A stretch of DNA of 64,000 nucleotides from Lama glama (taxonomy: Eukaryota): the NCBI GenBank assembly GCA_028534125.1, contig CM052817.1, forward strand, positions 84,384,001-84,448,000, written 5' to 3'. Position numbers and translations under genes: made by a program. The notes beneath the pieces were generated by a model that had not been told where the DNA came from, did not search any database, and saw nothing but the letters and a program-made list of their open reading frames with translations. Numbering within the stretch: the stretch's first letter is position 1; each line of letters starts with the position of its first letter. Shown here piece after piece: positions 37,395 to 52,300 of the stretch.

Positions 37395-40300
37395 CTAAGG
37401 AATAAAATGAACATAGTATTTTTTTTCTTTTCTGTTACCCTAGGAGATATAATGATCAATGATATATACAAAAGGAATCACTGTGTTTTCTGCTGCATAG
37501 AAATATTTGGTGAGAAATCTATATAAAAATTAGGTTTACAAATTGTCTCCAAACATATGAAGACTTCTTTTGTATTATAATATAAATTTTGGGCTACAAA
37601 TTTTTCAACACTTGCCCCAACACCTTAAAACACCAGTAGGAAAAAAGTATACTATGTAATACAAAACTGCTCTTACCTATTTTTATTTTTGTTGCCAGAA
37701 AACACAGAAAATGTTCATGCTCTCAGTAACTGAAATTTAGGTTTTTACTCAAGTCATTAAAAAAAAAGTGTTTACTGGTTTATTATAAAGGCTACGACTC
37801 TAGAACAGCTAAATAGAAGAGTCACACACAGCAAGGTACAGGATGTAGGGTGTGTCTGGAGTTTCCATGCCCTCTCCATGTATGCCACCCTCCCAGCACC
37901 CTGACGTGTTCATCAGAAGCTCCTCTTAGAAGGTCTTCAAGTTACTTTTGATTTACATAATAAATTTCAGATTGTCTTTCAAAGGGCTTTGTAAAGTCAA
38001 AGAAAATCATATATAGAAATCCCTTTACCACTTCAGTTAGTGTAAATGAACGATGTGTTGCTTTTTTGCTTTTGTTTTTTCATGAAAAGACTATAATGAC
38101 TTTGAGAAACTCATTTGGAAATGCCTTTAGTTATTTGTAGGTTATGTCTGTCATTATAGTAAAAATGCCTTAATGCAGAATGAACATACAAACAAAAGCT
38201 TTCTCAACTGGGGTTCACAGACAGAATTAAGCCTAATACGCTAAAACAATCAAAACATGTAATGAACAGTCTTCTCTTGTATCCGTCTAGAATCAAACTA
38301 CCTACTGCCATACTTGAGACAGCTGAGAAAATAGTTAAACAGTGACTAGAACAATTTCCTTGTTATATTCTCAATCCATCTTCATCTTGCTACACTGAAG
38401 AAATATTTTAAAGAATACCTACCTTATGACATTTTAAACTAAGTTTCTTTAAAATTGGTCACAGCTGGCAAGGCTTCTAGTAATGTATTAAATATGGCTA
38501 CTTTCAAACTCAAAAAAGAATGAAAAAGGAACTCAATTTTACCAATTCAAAAAATACCAAAGAAAACCCAACAATAGCAAAATCTAAGGCTCATGGGGGG
38601 GAACTGCAAACAACTTGTCCTTACTATCACTGCTAAATGCAACATGCTTCCTAAAACTCTTAAATTTACTTTCTCAAATGGTACACAAGTAGAAATTTTA
38701 CTTTGTAAATACTGACACTGGAAAAACTACTTTGGATTTATTTATTTTTCATTTTATAACTGCAGTGCAAATCTCCTAAGGTCTTTGACTCCTCTATTTA
38801 ACTAATTTTTGAATTATTGAATTCTGCAAATCTAGAACTGAACAGCCTTCTCTGTCTCAATCTCCACGTTTTCCACAGAAGCCATGGTTCTGATATCTTA
38901 GGTGGAAGTGTTTAATTCTGTCTGTCTGTCTCTCTCTCACACATGTATTGAAAACTGGTCTATGCATCTGTATAGTTTTAGAACTGCCTGCCTAATTAAC
39001 TCCTCATTTCCACTTAGAAAATCTACTTGCAGTCTGACAAGCCTTGTTCTAAGGTCCTTCGTGATAACCTGGTCTCTACCTACTTCTGTAAGTTTGTGTT
39101 ATGCTACTATTCCTTTCCCTTTCTTTGTTTCTGCCACAATGCCTTCCCATTCTTGGGTCTTTTTCACATATTGTTCCCTTTGCTTGGAATAATCTTTCCT
39201 GTCCTGCTTATCTTAGTTATTTCTATTGAAATTTTAGAATTCAGCCCAATTACTGCTCCTACAGGAAATTCTCTTACCATCTATCTAGAAAAAGTCAGGT
39301 CCCTATGTTATAAGCTCTCCTATGCTTTTCCTAAAGAGCATTTATTTGTAAATATACATTTAAAGTTTGCCCATCTCTAAGTAAATAATATGTTTTTAAG
39401 GGTGGGGACCGTATCTTTTTTGCTTACTATTACATCTTCAGCACCTGAAACATAGTAAGGATGTCAAAAATTTTTATCTGTAGACTGAATGAATGCTAGC
39501 TTCCTGGTATCAAAACTTGATCTTTAAACAAACCCCAGATCATTTGCCTGATACAATTCCAACTGTTAAACTGGACAGGTCTGGAGCGCTGTTGGAAGAT
39601 AAGGGCTGAAACAACTAGGTTCCCTATAACAATAAAAGTCCCAAGAATGATTCAATTCAGGGTAAGAAAAATAGAATTTATGGTCTTCCTATCTTCTCCT
39701 TTGTGTCCCTCCTCTGTAGAAAACTACTCACTCCAGTAAAGGATTGCTAAAAACTATCTGTTTCCTAATTTTACATTCTTATGAGGGGTGTTTAGACCAC
39801 AAAGATATGGAGAGGCTTTGGCTCCTTTCAGCTGATCTATGGAAGATCACACTCTCTTTGAAGGGGGAGAAAAGCAGGAAAGTGTAGTACTAGGTTCTCA
39901 TGTTGTCAGAGAAGGAATCAGCTACAAAGCAGCCATTTATCTGACAGCCCTCCTCCTCCACAAAATAGAATTACAGCTAACTATTTAAGAGAATCTGTCC
40001 CTTATTTACCAATGATTCTTCTCTTCCACTAGATGCAGACTTGGCAAAAGGGAGCATTTTTGGTAGATAAGATTTCTGCCATCTTTTTGCTTTCCAAGAA
40101 ACTTCAGTTACTATCCTGAACTGTTAAAGATAGGTCAAATGGAGTACCAAGTAGGGGAAATTCATTCATTCCTCTCTTCCCCATTATAAAAATGCAAAGC
40201 CCAAAACATAAGCATATTGTAAAATAATGGAAAATACAAAAAGTTAAAAAGACAAATATAAGGTTTCTGTAATCTACAATGCAGAGATAACTACCTCTAA

Positions 40301-43300
40301 CTTCTACATAATTGCTGTTTATAAATTTTTAAATTGAGATTAGTGTATGTAGGATTACAACAGATAAATATATATGCACATTTTTTCTCTTTTTTAAAAC
40401 TTACGACTTAACAATATAAATGCATTATAAATTGTTTGGAAACATTGTTTTTAATGATGACTCAATATAGCACTTTATAGATGTGCCATAATTTAACTGT
40501 TTATTTCTAGACAGATTGTTTCTAATTTGTTAATATAACTAATGCTGCAATGAATTTCTTTAATTATGAGACACTAATTATTTTATGACTAAATGTTAGA
40601 CTCTAAATGTATATCATTTTATACTTTCAGCTGCACATTCACTCACACTGATAACACTGTAGTTAACAGTGAGTTAAACTTTTAAAAAATTTATTAGTAA
40701 TTTGTTTTCTTAGCTTGTGAGTTGTGTTCATGCATCATACATGCTGTCCTCCCGGGTTACAAATATTTTTCTTTTATATTTTTAAGAGCTCCTCATGATC
40801 TTTGTCTTTTGTCATATTTATTAAAACTACATCTTCCAGTTAGTTCTTTTTAAGATATTTTAAAAAGTGGTTTTAAATGTTTAAAAACCTTATATATTTG
40901 GGGGAGGGTATAGCTCTAGTAGTAGACCACTTGCTTAGCATACATGAGGTCCTGGGTTCAGGCCCCAGTACCTCCTCTAAAAATAAACAAACAAACCTAA
41001 TTACCTCCCCCCTAAAAATAAAATAAATAAAATAAATTTAAAAAAACTCTTATCTATTCAAATCTATCAACATATTTATTCCTTTGTAATTTCTTCCATT
41101 TTTGGTTTTGCTGAAAAAGTTCTTTCCCATCTGTCAGTTAAATATTCACCTTCATTCCCTATTAATGTTTTATAGTATCTTTAATAGTTTTTAGTTATTA
41201 ATCCATGTGAAATTTATAATATGAAATTTAAATTATAAGATGAAGGTTTAACTATTTTTTTTTCCACCAAAATACACCTTTTAAAAATTCTGGAAATAAA
41301 TATAGAAAGACTATCACAGTGAGTCCCTATATGCTTATCATCCAGCTTCCATAAGCCACAACAAACTCACAGCCACTTTTATTTTACTTATAATCCTACC
41401 CACTTTCCTCTGCCATGATTTCTCTCTCTTACAATGAAGTACATAAACCTTAAGGGAACAACTCAATTTTCACTTGTGTAAAAACACCAGAGTCACCATC
41501 CAGATTTAGGACCCTCAGGAGGCTTCCTCATGTGCCCTTCTATCAATATTCACCCACCTAAAATGTTACCGCTATTCTGATCCCATCCTATTCTTCACTT
41601 TCATATAATGAAATTAAGGGACTATAATTTTTTTGTCTGGCTTCTTTGTCCAACATTATGTCTGAGACTCATCGACCATTGTTTACAGACATAGTTCATT
41701 CTTTCTCGTTGCTGCATCTGTTCCGTTGTATGAACATACTACAATGTATTTATATCATCTCAAGTTGATGGACATTTGAGTTGTTTCCAGTATTTTGATA
41801 TGATTAAAACTTCTATGAATATTTTTGTACACATTTTGATAAACATAAGCACTAATATCTGTTGGGTATGTAGCCAGTTTTATTATTATATTTGGCATAG
41901 TATTTATGTATGTCCAACTTTGAAAGATACTGCCAAATGGTGGTTGTACCAATTTATATTCCCCAAAATAACATATGAAAGGAACATCTATGTCAACACT
42001 TGATATTGTCAGCTTTAAAAATTTTAGCCATTCTGGAAGGTATGCAGTAGTACCTCACTGTAGTTTTAATTATATTTCCCTGATAAATAATGAAGTTGAA
42101 CATTTTTTCATATATTCTTTCATAACATGCCTATTTAATTCTATTGCCCATTTTTGGAAATGGGGTGTCTGTTTTTTCCTTAATAATTATTTCATTATTA
42201 ATTGGTAAACATTTTTATATTGTGAATATGAGTCCCCTTCTTTTGGTTATATATCTTATAAATATTTTTTCCCACTTTTCACTCTTTTAATGGTGTCTCT
42301 CTAAATCACTTAAAAAATCTTAATTTTAATGAAATCCAATTCATCTACCTTTTCAATATGATTAGTGCTATTTTTGTTGTGTTTAAAAAATATGGACCCA
42401 ACTTATAGCATCATCTACTGTAACAATTCTTTCCCTATTGAACTTCAGTGATGCCTTTGTATAAATGAGGTGATTATGAAAAAAGGTTTTGCTCCTGAAT
42501 TCTATTTTGTCCTATTGATCACACTGATTATTCTTATGTCAATTACACACTGTCTTAATTACCACAGCTTTATATATAAAGTCTTGGTATCCAGTAATGT
42601 GACTCTTCCCCTTTGTTTTTAAAAGATTTCTCACAGCCTAAAGCATAAACTACAAACTTCTTTGTATGATATGTTAGGGTCTCTTGTTCAGAGTTTAAGC
42701 TTTTATAAATAACTACAGTGTTGGACACTTGTAATAGGAGGTGTTAAATAAATACATGCTAATATGAACTGGGTTGGAATGTGACTTCTTAAGAGTCCTC
42801 AAAGGAACAAAAAACAAAGTGAAACAATAATGCTACTGCTTCACATTCTTCCTAAGAAACTGGAAGATATAAATCTTTATCGTAAAGAGTTAATGCCATT
42901 TTTTACAAAAGTCACACGGAATAGGGTAAGGCAAGCAACATGTTGATGGTGGTACCTGTGCTTCTTGAAACTCCCTCAAATAGGTTATCACGTTCCTACT
43001 GTCAAACCGTGTAAGCATTAGAGTAAAGAAGAGGGGGAAAGGAGAGAGAAAATAAAAGGAAATTTTTTCTAGAGGAGACTTTTGTCCCTTGCGTTCTTCC
43101 TGGCATGGAATTTTAGACTACCTATGAATGGTTTTCAGAGCACACTGATGTACCATACTCTGTACAGCTAGTTTTAAGAGTTCTATTTTCAAGAGGCTAT
43201 CTAAAGAGAGAGAAGAGAGGATGGCAGTCTGTAAAGTTGTCTAATCTATCGTCTTGCTAGCACTGCTTAAATTGCTTTGGCAGAAATATCAGTGCAGTTC

Positions 43301-46300
43301 ATGGTTGGAAAAGGATTTTTTGTGTGTGGATAGTGAAAGCAATCATTTTCAAGTATGCTTGCCAAGTTCTACAATACAAAAAAGACTGGTTAATGCTCTG
43401 CTATATGATTTAGTGCTATCTGATGAGAAGGCAAAAACAAAAAATGAAACCAAAAAAAAAAACTTAAAAATGTTTTACTAGGTCTCTCTAAATATTCTCT
43501 GTATTTTGATTTTCAGAAGTACACATTTAATTCTAACTAGTCTTGAAAATACCTTTAATTTGGCTTTTTTCTGAGCCTCGAGAGCAATCTTTCTTAAATC
43601 CTCAGTCTGTTTCTGTAACTGTTCATTTTCTTGCTGAAGTTTCAGCCTTTGTTCATTGACAAATCCACAGTTTTCTCTCTCAGACTCCAGTACATTTTGA
43701 AGTTTCTGAATCATTTCTTGGCAACGTGATATCTCTTCTGAGGAACTGATTAAAAAAACAAAACAAAAAGAACCTTTAAACTTAATGATCTGTAGTAAAT
43801 GTCAAGAAAATCTGCCTATATTTTATACTATAGACTTGTTTTCTTTGTTCTAAGCCATTTCTCTCCACTGTGGACTTAGACTATGTGGTTTCACAATGTT
43901 ATGTTACACCAGGCAAATATGATTAATTAGCAATCTTAACTAAGAATAGTTCAGTTGAACATTTATCACTCACCTAGAAAATCAGTGTGAAACTTCTTTC
44001 AAAGTTTTACTACCATTGAGAATCACCGTGTAAAGAGGACTTCAACGGGGAAGACACATTAGCTGACTATATTAAATTATGAATTATAATAAGACCTATT
44101 TCATATTTTCCTATTATATATCTTAGAAATGGTTTTTATAAACTTCTAGTTCCATAAACTTCTTGTTTTATCATACTTTAAATAGGTACATTTCTTGAAC
44201 TTTCTCAACAATGGACTACTGGGGGACACAACCTCCAAACTTGTTTACTGCTTCAATATGCTGCTAATTTTTATTCCTATCTTCTATTTTTTTAAAATTT
44301 TTATTTATTTTTAATTTTATTTATTTTAAAAATTTTGTTGGGAGGGAGGTAATTAGGTTTATTTATTTATTTTTTAATGGAGGTGCTGGGGATTGAACCC
44401 AAGACCTTGTGCATGCTAGTCATTCACTCTACTACTGAGCTATATCCTCCCCACATTCCTATCTTTTAAAATTTCTATGTTTTCAATCCCAGATAATTAA
44501 GTAACTGTAAACATTCCCTCATTGACAGCTATCACAGGCAATATACAAGGACCTTTATTCCCATAATACTTGTAGCCCTTTTTTTCCTGTCTCAAGTTCC
44601 TAATGAAATGATAGATCTAGGCAATGATCCTCAAAGTATGCTAAAGTCATAAAGATGCTAAGATCAAAAATAATAACACATTATGTGCCTCCAAACAGAA
44701 ATTCAAAATACCACCATCTCTGAAGAATTCTTACAAAAAAAAGTGAAAGCTGAATCAGATCAAGCCTCTCAATTCAGTTATTAGCTTTTAGGAACTACGT
44801 GGGACAGAAAAACTACATGACACCACATATATGCATGTAGGTAGAGGAAATTCTACTAACAACTCAGTTTTTCAACAAACTATTTGTAAGAAAAAAACAG
44901 AAAAGAGGGATTCCTGGAGAATATATACGTATCTCCATCTCCATACACGTGCACACACACACCCTCTTTTCTTTATCTGTTCTTCTGTAGATCATACATT
45001 TTACTTTTTCTCCTTGTCTAATTTCTGTAAGACATAGAGTACGATGTTGAATAAAAGTGGCAAGAGTGGGCACCCCTGTCTTGTTTATGATTTTCGAGCA
45101 AAAGCTTTTAGCTTTTTACCACTAAGTATGACATTAGTTGTGAGTTTGTTACATATGACCTTTACTACGTTGAGGTACATTTCTTCTACATCTAATTGAG
45201 GTTTTTTTTAAATCATGAATGTTGTATTTTGTGAAATGCTTTTTCTACATCTATTGAAATGATCACATGAATTTTATCCTTCATTCTTTAGTGTGTTATA
45301 TCACATTTACTAATCTGCATATGTCAAACCATCCTAGCATCCCTGATATTAATCCCACTTGGTCATGGTGTATGATCCTTTCAATGCATTCTTGAATTTG
45401 GTTTGCTAGTTTTTATTTGTTTTTTTAGGATTTTTACACTTATCTTCATCAGGGATATTAGCCTATAGTTTTATTTTCTTATAGTGTCTTCTTGCTTTGG
45501 TATCAGAGTAATGCTGGCCTTGTAAAATGAGTTTGGAAATGTTCTTTCCTATTCCATTTTATGAAAGAGTTTAAGAATGAGTAGCATTAAATCTTCTTTA
45601 AATATTTGGTACAGTTCATCAGTGAAGTCATCTGGTTCTGAACTTTCCAAAAATCCTAGGAGGTTTTTAACTACTGATTCAATATCCTTAATATAATTGG
45701 TCTGTTCAAATTTTCTATTTCAGATTTACTTTTGTAAGGTTGTATGTTTCTAGGAATTTATCCATTTCTTCAAGGTTGTCCAATTTGTTGTGGCATATCA
45801 TTATTCATAGTAGTCTCCTATGGTCCTTTGTATTTGTGTGGTATCACTGTATATCTCCTCTCTTATTTCTCATTTATTGAGTCTTCTTTTATTCTTAGTC
45901 TAGTTAAAGGGTTGTCAATTTTGTTTACTTTTTCAAAAGACCAAGTCTTAGTTTGACCTTTTCTATTTTTAAAAAATTCTCTACTTATTTCTGCTCTAAT
46001 CTTTGGTATTTCCTTCCTTCTCCTAACTTTAGGCTTAGGTTTTTCTTCCTTTTCTAGTTTCTTGAGGTATAAAGTTGGGTTGTTTATTTGAGATCTTTCT
46101 TTTCTTAATGTAGGCATTTAACACCATAGACTCTCTTCTAAGAACTGATTTCCCTGAATCCCATAAATTTGGTGTATTTTGTTTCCATTTTTGCTTGTCT
46201 CAACTTTTGATTTCCCTTTTGATTACTTCTTTGAATCACTGAGAGTACCTACAAGGGTCCCTTGGGAAGGGGCTAGGTGCAGGACTGGGCATGCAGGCTT

Positions 46301-49300
46301 AGAGCCAGGTCCACAGAGAGATGGGGCTGCTTTGGGTTCATACATGGGACCACAGTTGGGGAGCCTGCCACTGGTGCACAGGCTTGCCTCCTCATTTTGG
46401 GGCTCCACTGGGGTTTTGCAACCACCTACTTAGACCCCAAAGCTCCCACAAAGACACTTTGTCCATGGATGGCTGTCAAATATTTGTTTCTGCAGAGGGA
46501 TATGGGCTGGGGACTTCCTATTCTGCCATATTGCTGATATCACTCCTGTTTATTTTTAAATATCTATTAAACATATTTTATATGAGATCGAGACTTCATA
46601 CAACTTAAAATAAGCAAGATTTACTATACTAAGTAATAATCTGGGGGGAAGGTACAGAAATATTCAGTGTGGATATGACAGATAAGTTTATCATTTTAAC
46701 AAATAATGAAATACATAAACATGATGGATTATTTTTGACTACTCAATACCTCAAGAAATATAAATGCAAACTGAGTATAAAAGCAATAATTATAAGCAAG
46801 CTCCTTAATAGCTGTACAGTTACCATGAAAAAAAAAAGATCTCATGAACATTCTATTAAACTGCCAGAAACAAGAAATTTCAAATAAAATGGTACAGTAC
46901 TGTTAAATCATTTCTTCCTGAAGAAATTAGTTTTCAAAAATAACCTTGAAAAAAATTTTGTTTGGCCGAAACAGTCTTTTTTTCAACATAATATATAATT
47001 ATGAGTTGTATAAAAATAAAACCTGTCCAAAATTGTTTGAATTTTGAAAATCCAAAAGAATAACTTACTTCATTTCAAGTTGTTTGATTTTATTTTCTGC
47101 GGATTTAAGTCTTAGCTGAAGATCATCTTTTGAACACTCTGCAACCAGGCATCTTTGGTGCATTTCTTCCAGTTTTCTGTAATCACTTTCATTTATTCTG
47201 CCTTCATGGTAAATCTGCAGAAGAGGCTTATATGTATACTACCTTACAGAAGGAAATTGTCTTAAGAAATTACACAGTTTAGAAACTGAAATAAATGATG
47301 AGAAATAAAAATCCATGATCAAGTGTTCATCTGTTCCTACTGTAACATTAAAACATATCAATAATTAAATTTGGTTATTTCACGTTTACAAAATAAGATG
47401 ATGAAAAATAACAAAATAATTACTTATTTTTGAAATTATTCATGCTCACTGTAAGCTTTTCAAACAGTTTTAATGTTTCAGAAAGAGATGTAAAACAACT
47501 GAAGTTAAAAAAAAACACTCTTAAGTGTCACCCTTTAGAGACAAATGCTTTGATTCTTTAATGAATACCTTCAAGATAATTCTGTATTGCAATATTCAAC
47601 AGTACAGATACATGCTGTGGTGCAATGAGAAGAACTATCTGAAAGTGACTTAATCTCACTCTGTGTTAACTAGAAGATGATCTAGCTGAAATGGTTTCCC
47701 TTTCCCTAGCAGAAGTGGTTATACCCATGCTCTGCTTCCTGTGAGACTGGGCTTCCACTTTCGACAAAGTCTGTAACATCCCATGATTCACAAGGTCTCT
47801 AGGTGCTAGGCAGCTCACATTTTCAGCAAAACCCTACACACAGGAACCCTCTAAATCCAAACTGCCCGGCCAAGTAACCTGTGTCTTCTCCCACTGACAA
47901 GACTGCTTTGTCACTCCTGCTCTACAAAAAGACAGAATATCGGCATACCAGTGTCCTGCTACTAAGATATAGACCTATACTGCAGTCTCAGCAGTACTTT
48001 GACTGTAGCATGCTTGTCTGTGGAACCATGGGAGAAGAAAAAGCTGTGACTTCTCTTTACCTGTTGCCTTTAGCCTTGTGGGTTTTATATTTCCCCAATA
48101 AAGCCTATTCCTTAACCTATACCATGTGATATTAAAAAAAAAATTCACCCAAACACCGAGGTAAGTCAGGTTACAATCTAAATAAGACCTGTTCCTACTC
48201 CGTAAAAGATCGAAACTCAGAAGAGATCAACCTTGCAGGACAGTGGTGACCATGAAGGGTCTAACTTGAACATGATGTGTATTTTTATTTTTCTTTTTCC
48301 ACAAATGGGATTATACACTATATTATGCTTTGTAAACTACTTTTTTACAATCTGATGTTGTCATAGATACATCAAAGGTTTTTTATGCTACATAGCTTTT
48401 CTTTGAAAGTCAAACTCTGACTCTACCATTTACTATTTTTTAACATTGGGGAAGTTACTTAACCTCTCTATGAAAGTTACTAATGCAGCATCTCAAACAC
48501 AGTATGTGCTGAATCAAATTTAGCCTTCCCCCCACCCCAAGGCATTTTAAAAGACTGGGATATTTACTGCTAATAAAAAAAAGTCATTTAAATAAGAAAT
48601 ATATTTTAAACTTTAAATTTAGACTTCTCACAATATTCTTTCTCAAATGTCACTGGGGTAAATATTTTTCCTAACTACAAATAAAAATCTGTACTTTAAA
48701 GGTTAAAATTATAGCAGTATTATAATTTTTTGGATATACATACATGTTATAGTTATAGATGGCCTAAACCCAGTAAGAGTTGGCAGAGAATTTAAAAAGA
48801 GAAGAAAGACAAAATGAGGATAAGCTCTAAGCAAGAAATACAGCTACCTTGTCAAATTTATACTTTTAAGTAAAAAGTTCAAATAATGTGGCCATTCTTG
48901 TAAAGAAATGTATATAGGCAATACCAGTATTTAAATGCAGATTCTGAATATTTTTCAAGCAAATAAAAGCACTCACCAGGAGAATACTTATAATAAAAGG
49001 GTTGCTAGTAGATAGTATAATGAAAGCAGAAAATAATATTGAATATTTGCAGTTGGATTTTAGGTATAGTTATTTTTTCTGTTTTCTCTTTACCTTTTCT
49101 AGTTCTTCTTCCACTGCTTTTTTCTCCCTAATGGCTTGATCAATTTGGTCTTGTTTTTCAGCACACTCCTATAAATTCAAATCATATTGTAAATAAATAT
49201 ATCTGTAAAACCTTAAGAAAAATGAGGAAAAATGGAAAAGTAAAATGATTTGTTTATAACAGGAATACCACACTTTATACACATTGCATACAGCAGGACC

Positions 49301-52300
49301 ATATCGATTATATATATTAAAAAAAAAAAAAAGCCCTCAACCTTTAAAGAGCTACCTATCAGGATTTCAGAAATCACCTCCAGGACAGAATGTCAAGGAG
49401 TTCTAATTGAACATATTAGGTAGATAATAGAGGCTGAGGGATTCCAGGGGAAAAAATTAATAAATGAGACCCCCTTCTCGTATCACAGTGTTCTTTTTCA
49501 TATTCTCTTATCACATATTTTAAAAGACAACAGAACAGGTCAGTGGCATACCACCATAGGATAACCTATGGCCTAAAAGGCGTATGGGTATATAAATTCT
49601 AGAATAGTTAATTTTCTGTTGCAAAACTTATAAACAGCCAATGGACATAAAACATTTCTGGCTCAAAAGGGCTTTATCAGTAAAATCAAGCAAGCATATT
49701 AGTTAGTCAATAAAATGCAAAATTTGCAAATGAGACCAAAACTAAAAACAATAATCATAATGAGTAGTTCTTCACAGTTGTTATTTGCTATTTATTTTTG
49801 AGAATGGATGTGGTTATTTTCTACTGATTGTAAATTATGCTTTAGATGAATCTGCTTTGCTAACAGTATATTGCCAATTAATATTCAATTATTTTTATCA
49901 TAACTTTATTTTACAGAAGTACTATGTATCAATGTTTTTAAAATTTAAAATAAATTTCTAAATTGTGACCAAAAATTAACTCTGATTATAATGAAGATCT
50001 TTAGCCCTATGTTATAAATTAGATGGTTAATCTAAGTTTATCTTTTATTAAGATAGAACTGTCAGTGTATAAGAAATGCAACTTTAATGTTCCATGTATT
50101 CATATAAACCATTAATCTATGAAAAGGCACTTTATGGTATGAAATTTGGGATTTCTCTTATATTCATAAGTCATTTTGTGTGATTTTCTTCTTAACAGAC
50201 TATTTTTAGAATAGTTTTACATTCACAGCAACATTGAGGGGAAGTCTCAGATTTCCCCTGTATTTCCAGCCCCTGTACATGCATAGCCTCCCCCATTATC
50301 CACATTCTGCTATGTAGTGGTATATTTGTTAAAACTGATGTAAGTACATCTCACAATATTATCACCTAGAGTCCAGAGTTTACATTAGAGTTCATTCTTG
50401 GTGTTGTACACTTTATGGGTCTGGAGAAATTTATTATGACAGAACAGTTTCATGGTCCTAAAAATCCTCTGTGTTTTGCCTATGCCCCTATTCATCTCTC
50501 TTTCCTCCTCAACCTCTTTTCGTAATTCTGAAAAAGGCTGCTATAAACATCCATCAGCAGGTTTTCACGTGAACGTAAGTTTCAACTCCTTTGGCTAAAT
50601 ACAAAAGACTGTAGCTGCTGGATCCTATGGTATATTTAGTTTTCTAAGAAACCACCAAACTGCTTTCAAAGGTGTCTGTATCATTTTGCATTCCCATTAG
50701 GACCGACTGAGAGTTCTACTGCTCCATTTCTGTCAGCATTTGATGGTGTCAGTGTTCCAGATTCTGGCCATTCTAGTAAGTGTATCTGGTACTTACTTGG
50801 TGTAATGAGTGGTATCTCATTATAGCTTGATTTTATTTTTTAATTTATAAAAGGTTTTAAAGTTTTTAATTTTTTATTTATTTTACTGAAGTATAGTTGA
50901 TTTACAATCATTATTGTTTTAATTTGCATTTTGACATACGATTTTTCATATGCTTATTTGTCATCTGTAAACCTTCTTTGGTGAGGTGACTATTAAGGTC
51001 TTTGGCCAATTTTTTAATCAAGTTGTTTGTTTTCTTACTGTTGACTTTTAAGAGTTCTTTGAATTATTTTGGATAACAGCCCTTTATCAGATATGCCTTT
51101 TGTAAATATTTTCTCCCAATCCATGATTTGAATTTTCATTTTCTTGATAGTGTCTTTCACAGAGAAGATTTTAATTTCAATGAAGTCCAACTTACCAGCT
51201 GTTTCTTTCATGGATCATAGCTTTGGTGTTGTATCTAAAAACTCATTGCCAAACCCAAGATTATCTAGATTTTCTCCTATGCTATCTTAGAGGAGTTTTA
51301 CAGTTTTGTGTTTTGCATTTTTGTCAGTGAACCATTTTGGATTAATTTTTGTGTAAGGTCTGTATCTAGATTCATTATTCTACATGTGGATGTCTAATTG
51401 TTCTAGTACCATTTGTTTAAAAGACTATCTTTGCTCCATTGTATTGCCTTTGCTTCTTTGTAAAAGATCAGCTGACTGTATTTATGTGAGTTTATTTCTG
51501 GGTTCTATATTCTGTTCCTTTGATCTATTTGTCTATTCTTTCACCAATATCACTTTGTCTTCACTACTGAAGGTTTAGAGTAACTCTTGAAGTCTGCTAC
51601 AGTGTCAATCCTCTGACTTTGTTCCTCTTCTTCAATATTGTGTTGGCTATTCTGGGTCTTTTGCCTCTCCATATAAACTTTAGAATCAGATTGCCAAAAT
51701 ACACAATACAACTTGCAGTGATTTTGACTGGACTTGTAAAAAATCTATACATCAAGTTGGGAAGAAATGACATATGGAAAATATTGTGTCTTCCTGTCCA
51801 TGAACATGTACTTCATTTATTTTTTCAGTTCTTCTCTGATATCTTTCAGTAGAGTTTTGTAGTTTTCCTCATATAGATTTTATATATTTGGTTATATTTA
51901 CACCTATTTAATTTTGGGGGTGCTAATGTAATAGTATTAGGTTTTTATTTCAAATTCCACTTGTTCATTGCTGGTATATAGGAAAGCAATTGACCTGTAT
52001 ATTAATCTTTTATCCTACAACCTTGCTATAATCACTTCTTTGTTCCAAGTTTCTCCTTTTTTCTTTTGGATTTTTTACATGGACAACAATGTCATCTGCA
52101 AAGTATACCTTTTATTTCCTTTTGAGGGTGGCAAACTGCATTAACTAGTACTTCCAGTATGATGCTGAAAAGTAGTAGTGAGAGGGGACATCCTTGCCTT
52201 GTTCCTGATCTTAGTGCGAAAGTTTTCAGTTTCATAACTGTAGGTTTTTTGTAGCTATTCTTTATCAAATTGAGGAAGTTCCCTTCTGTTCCTAGTATAC

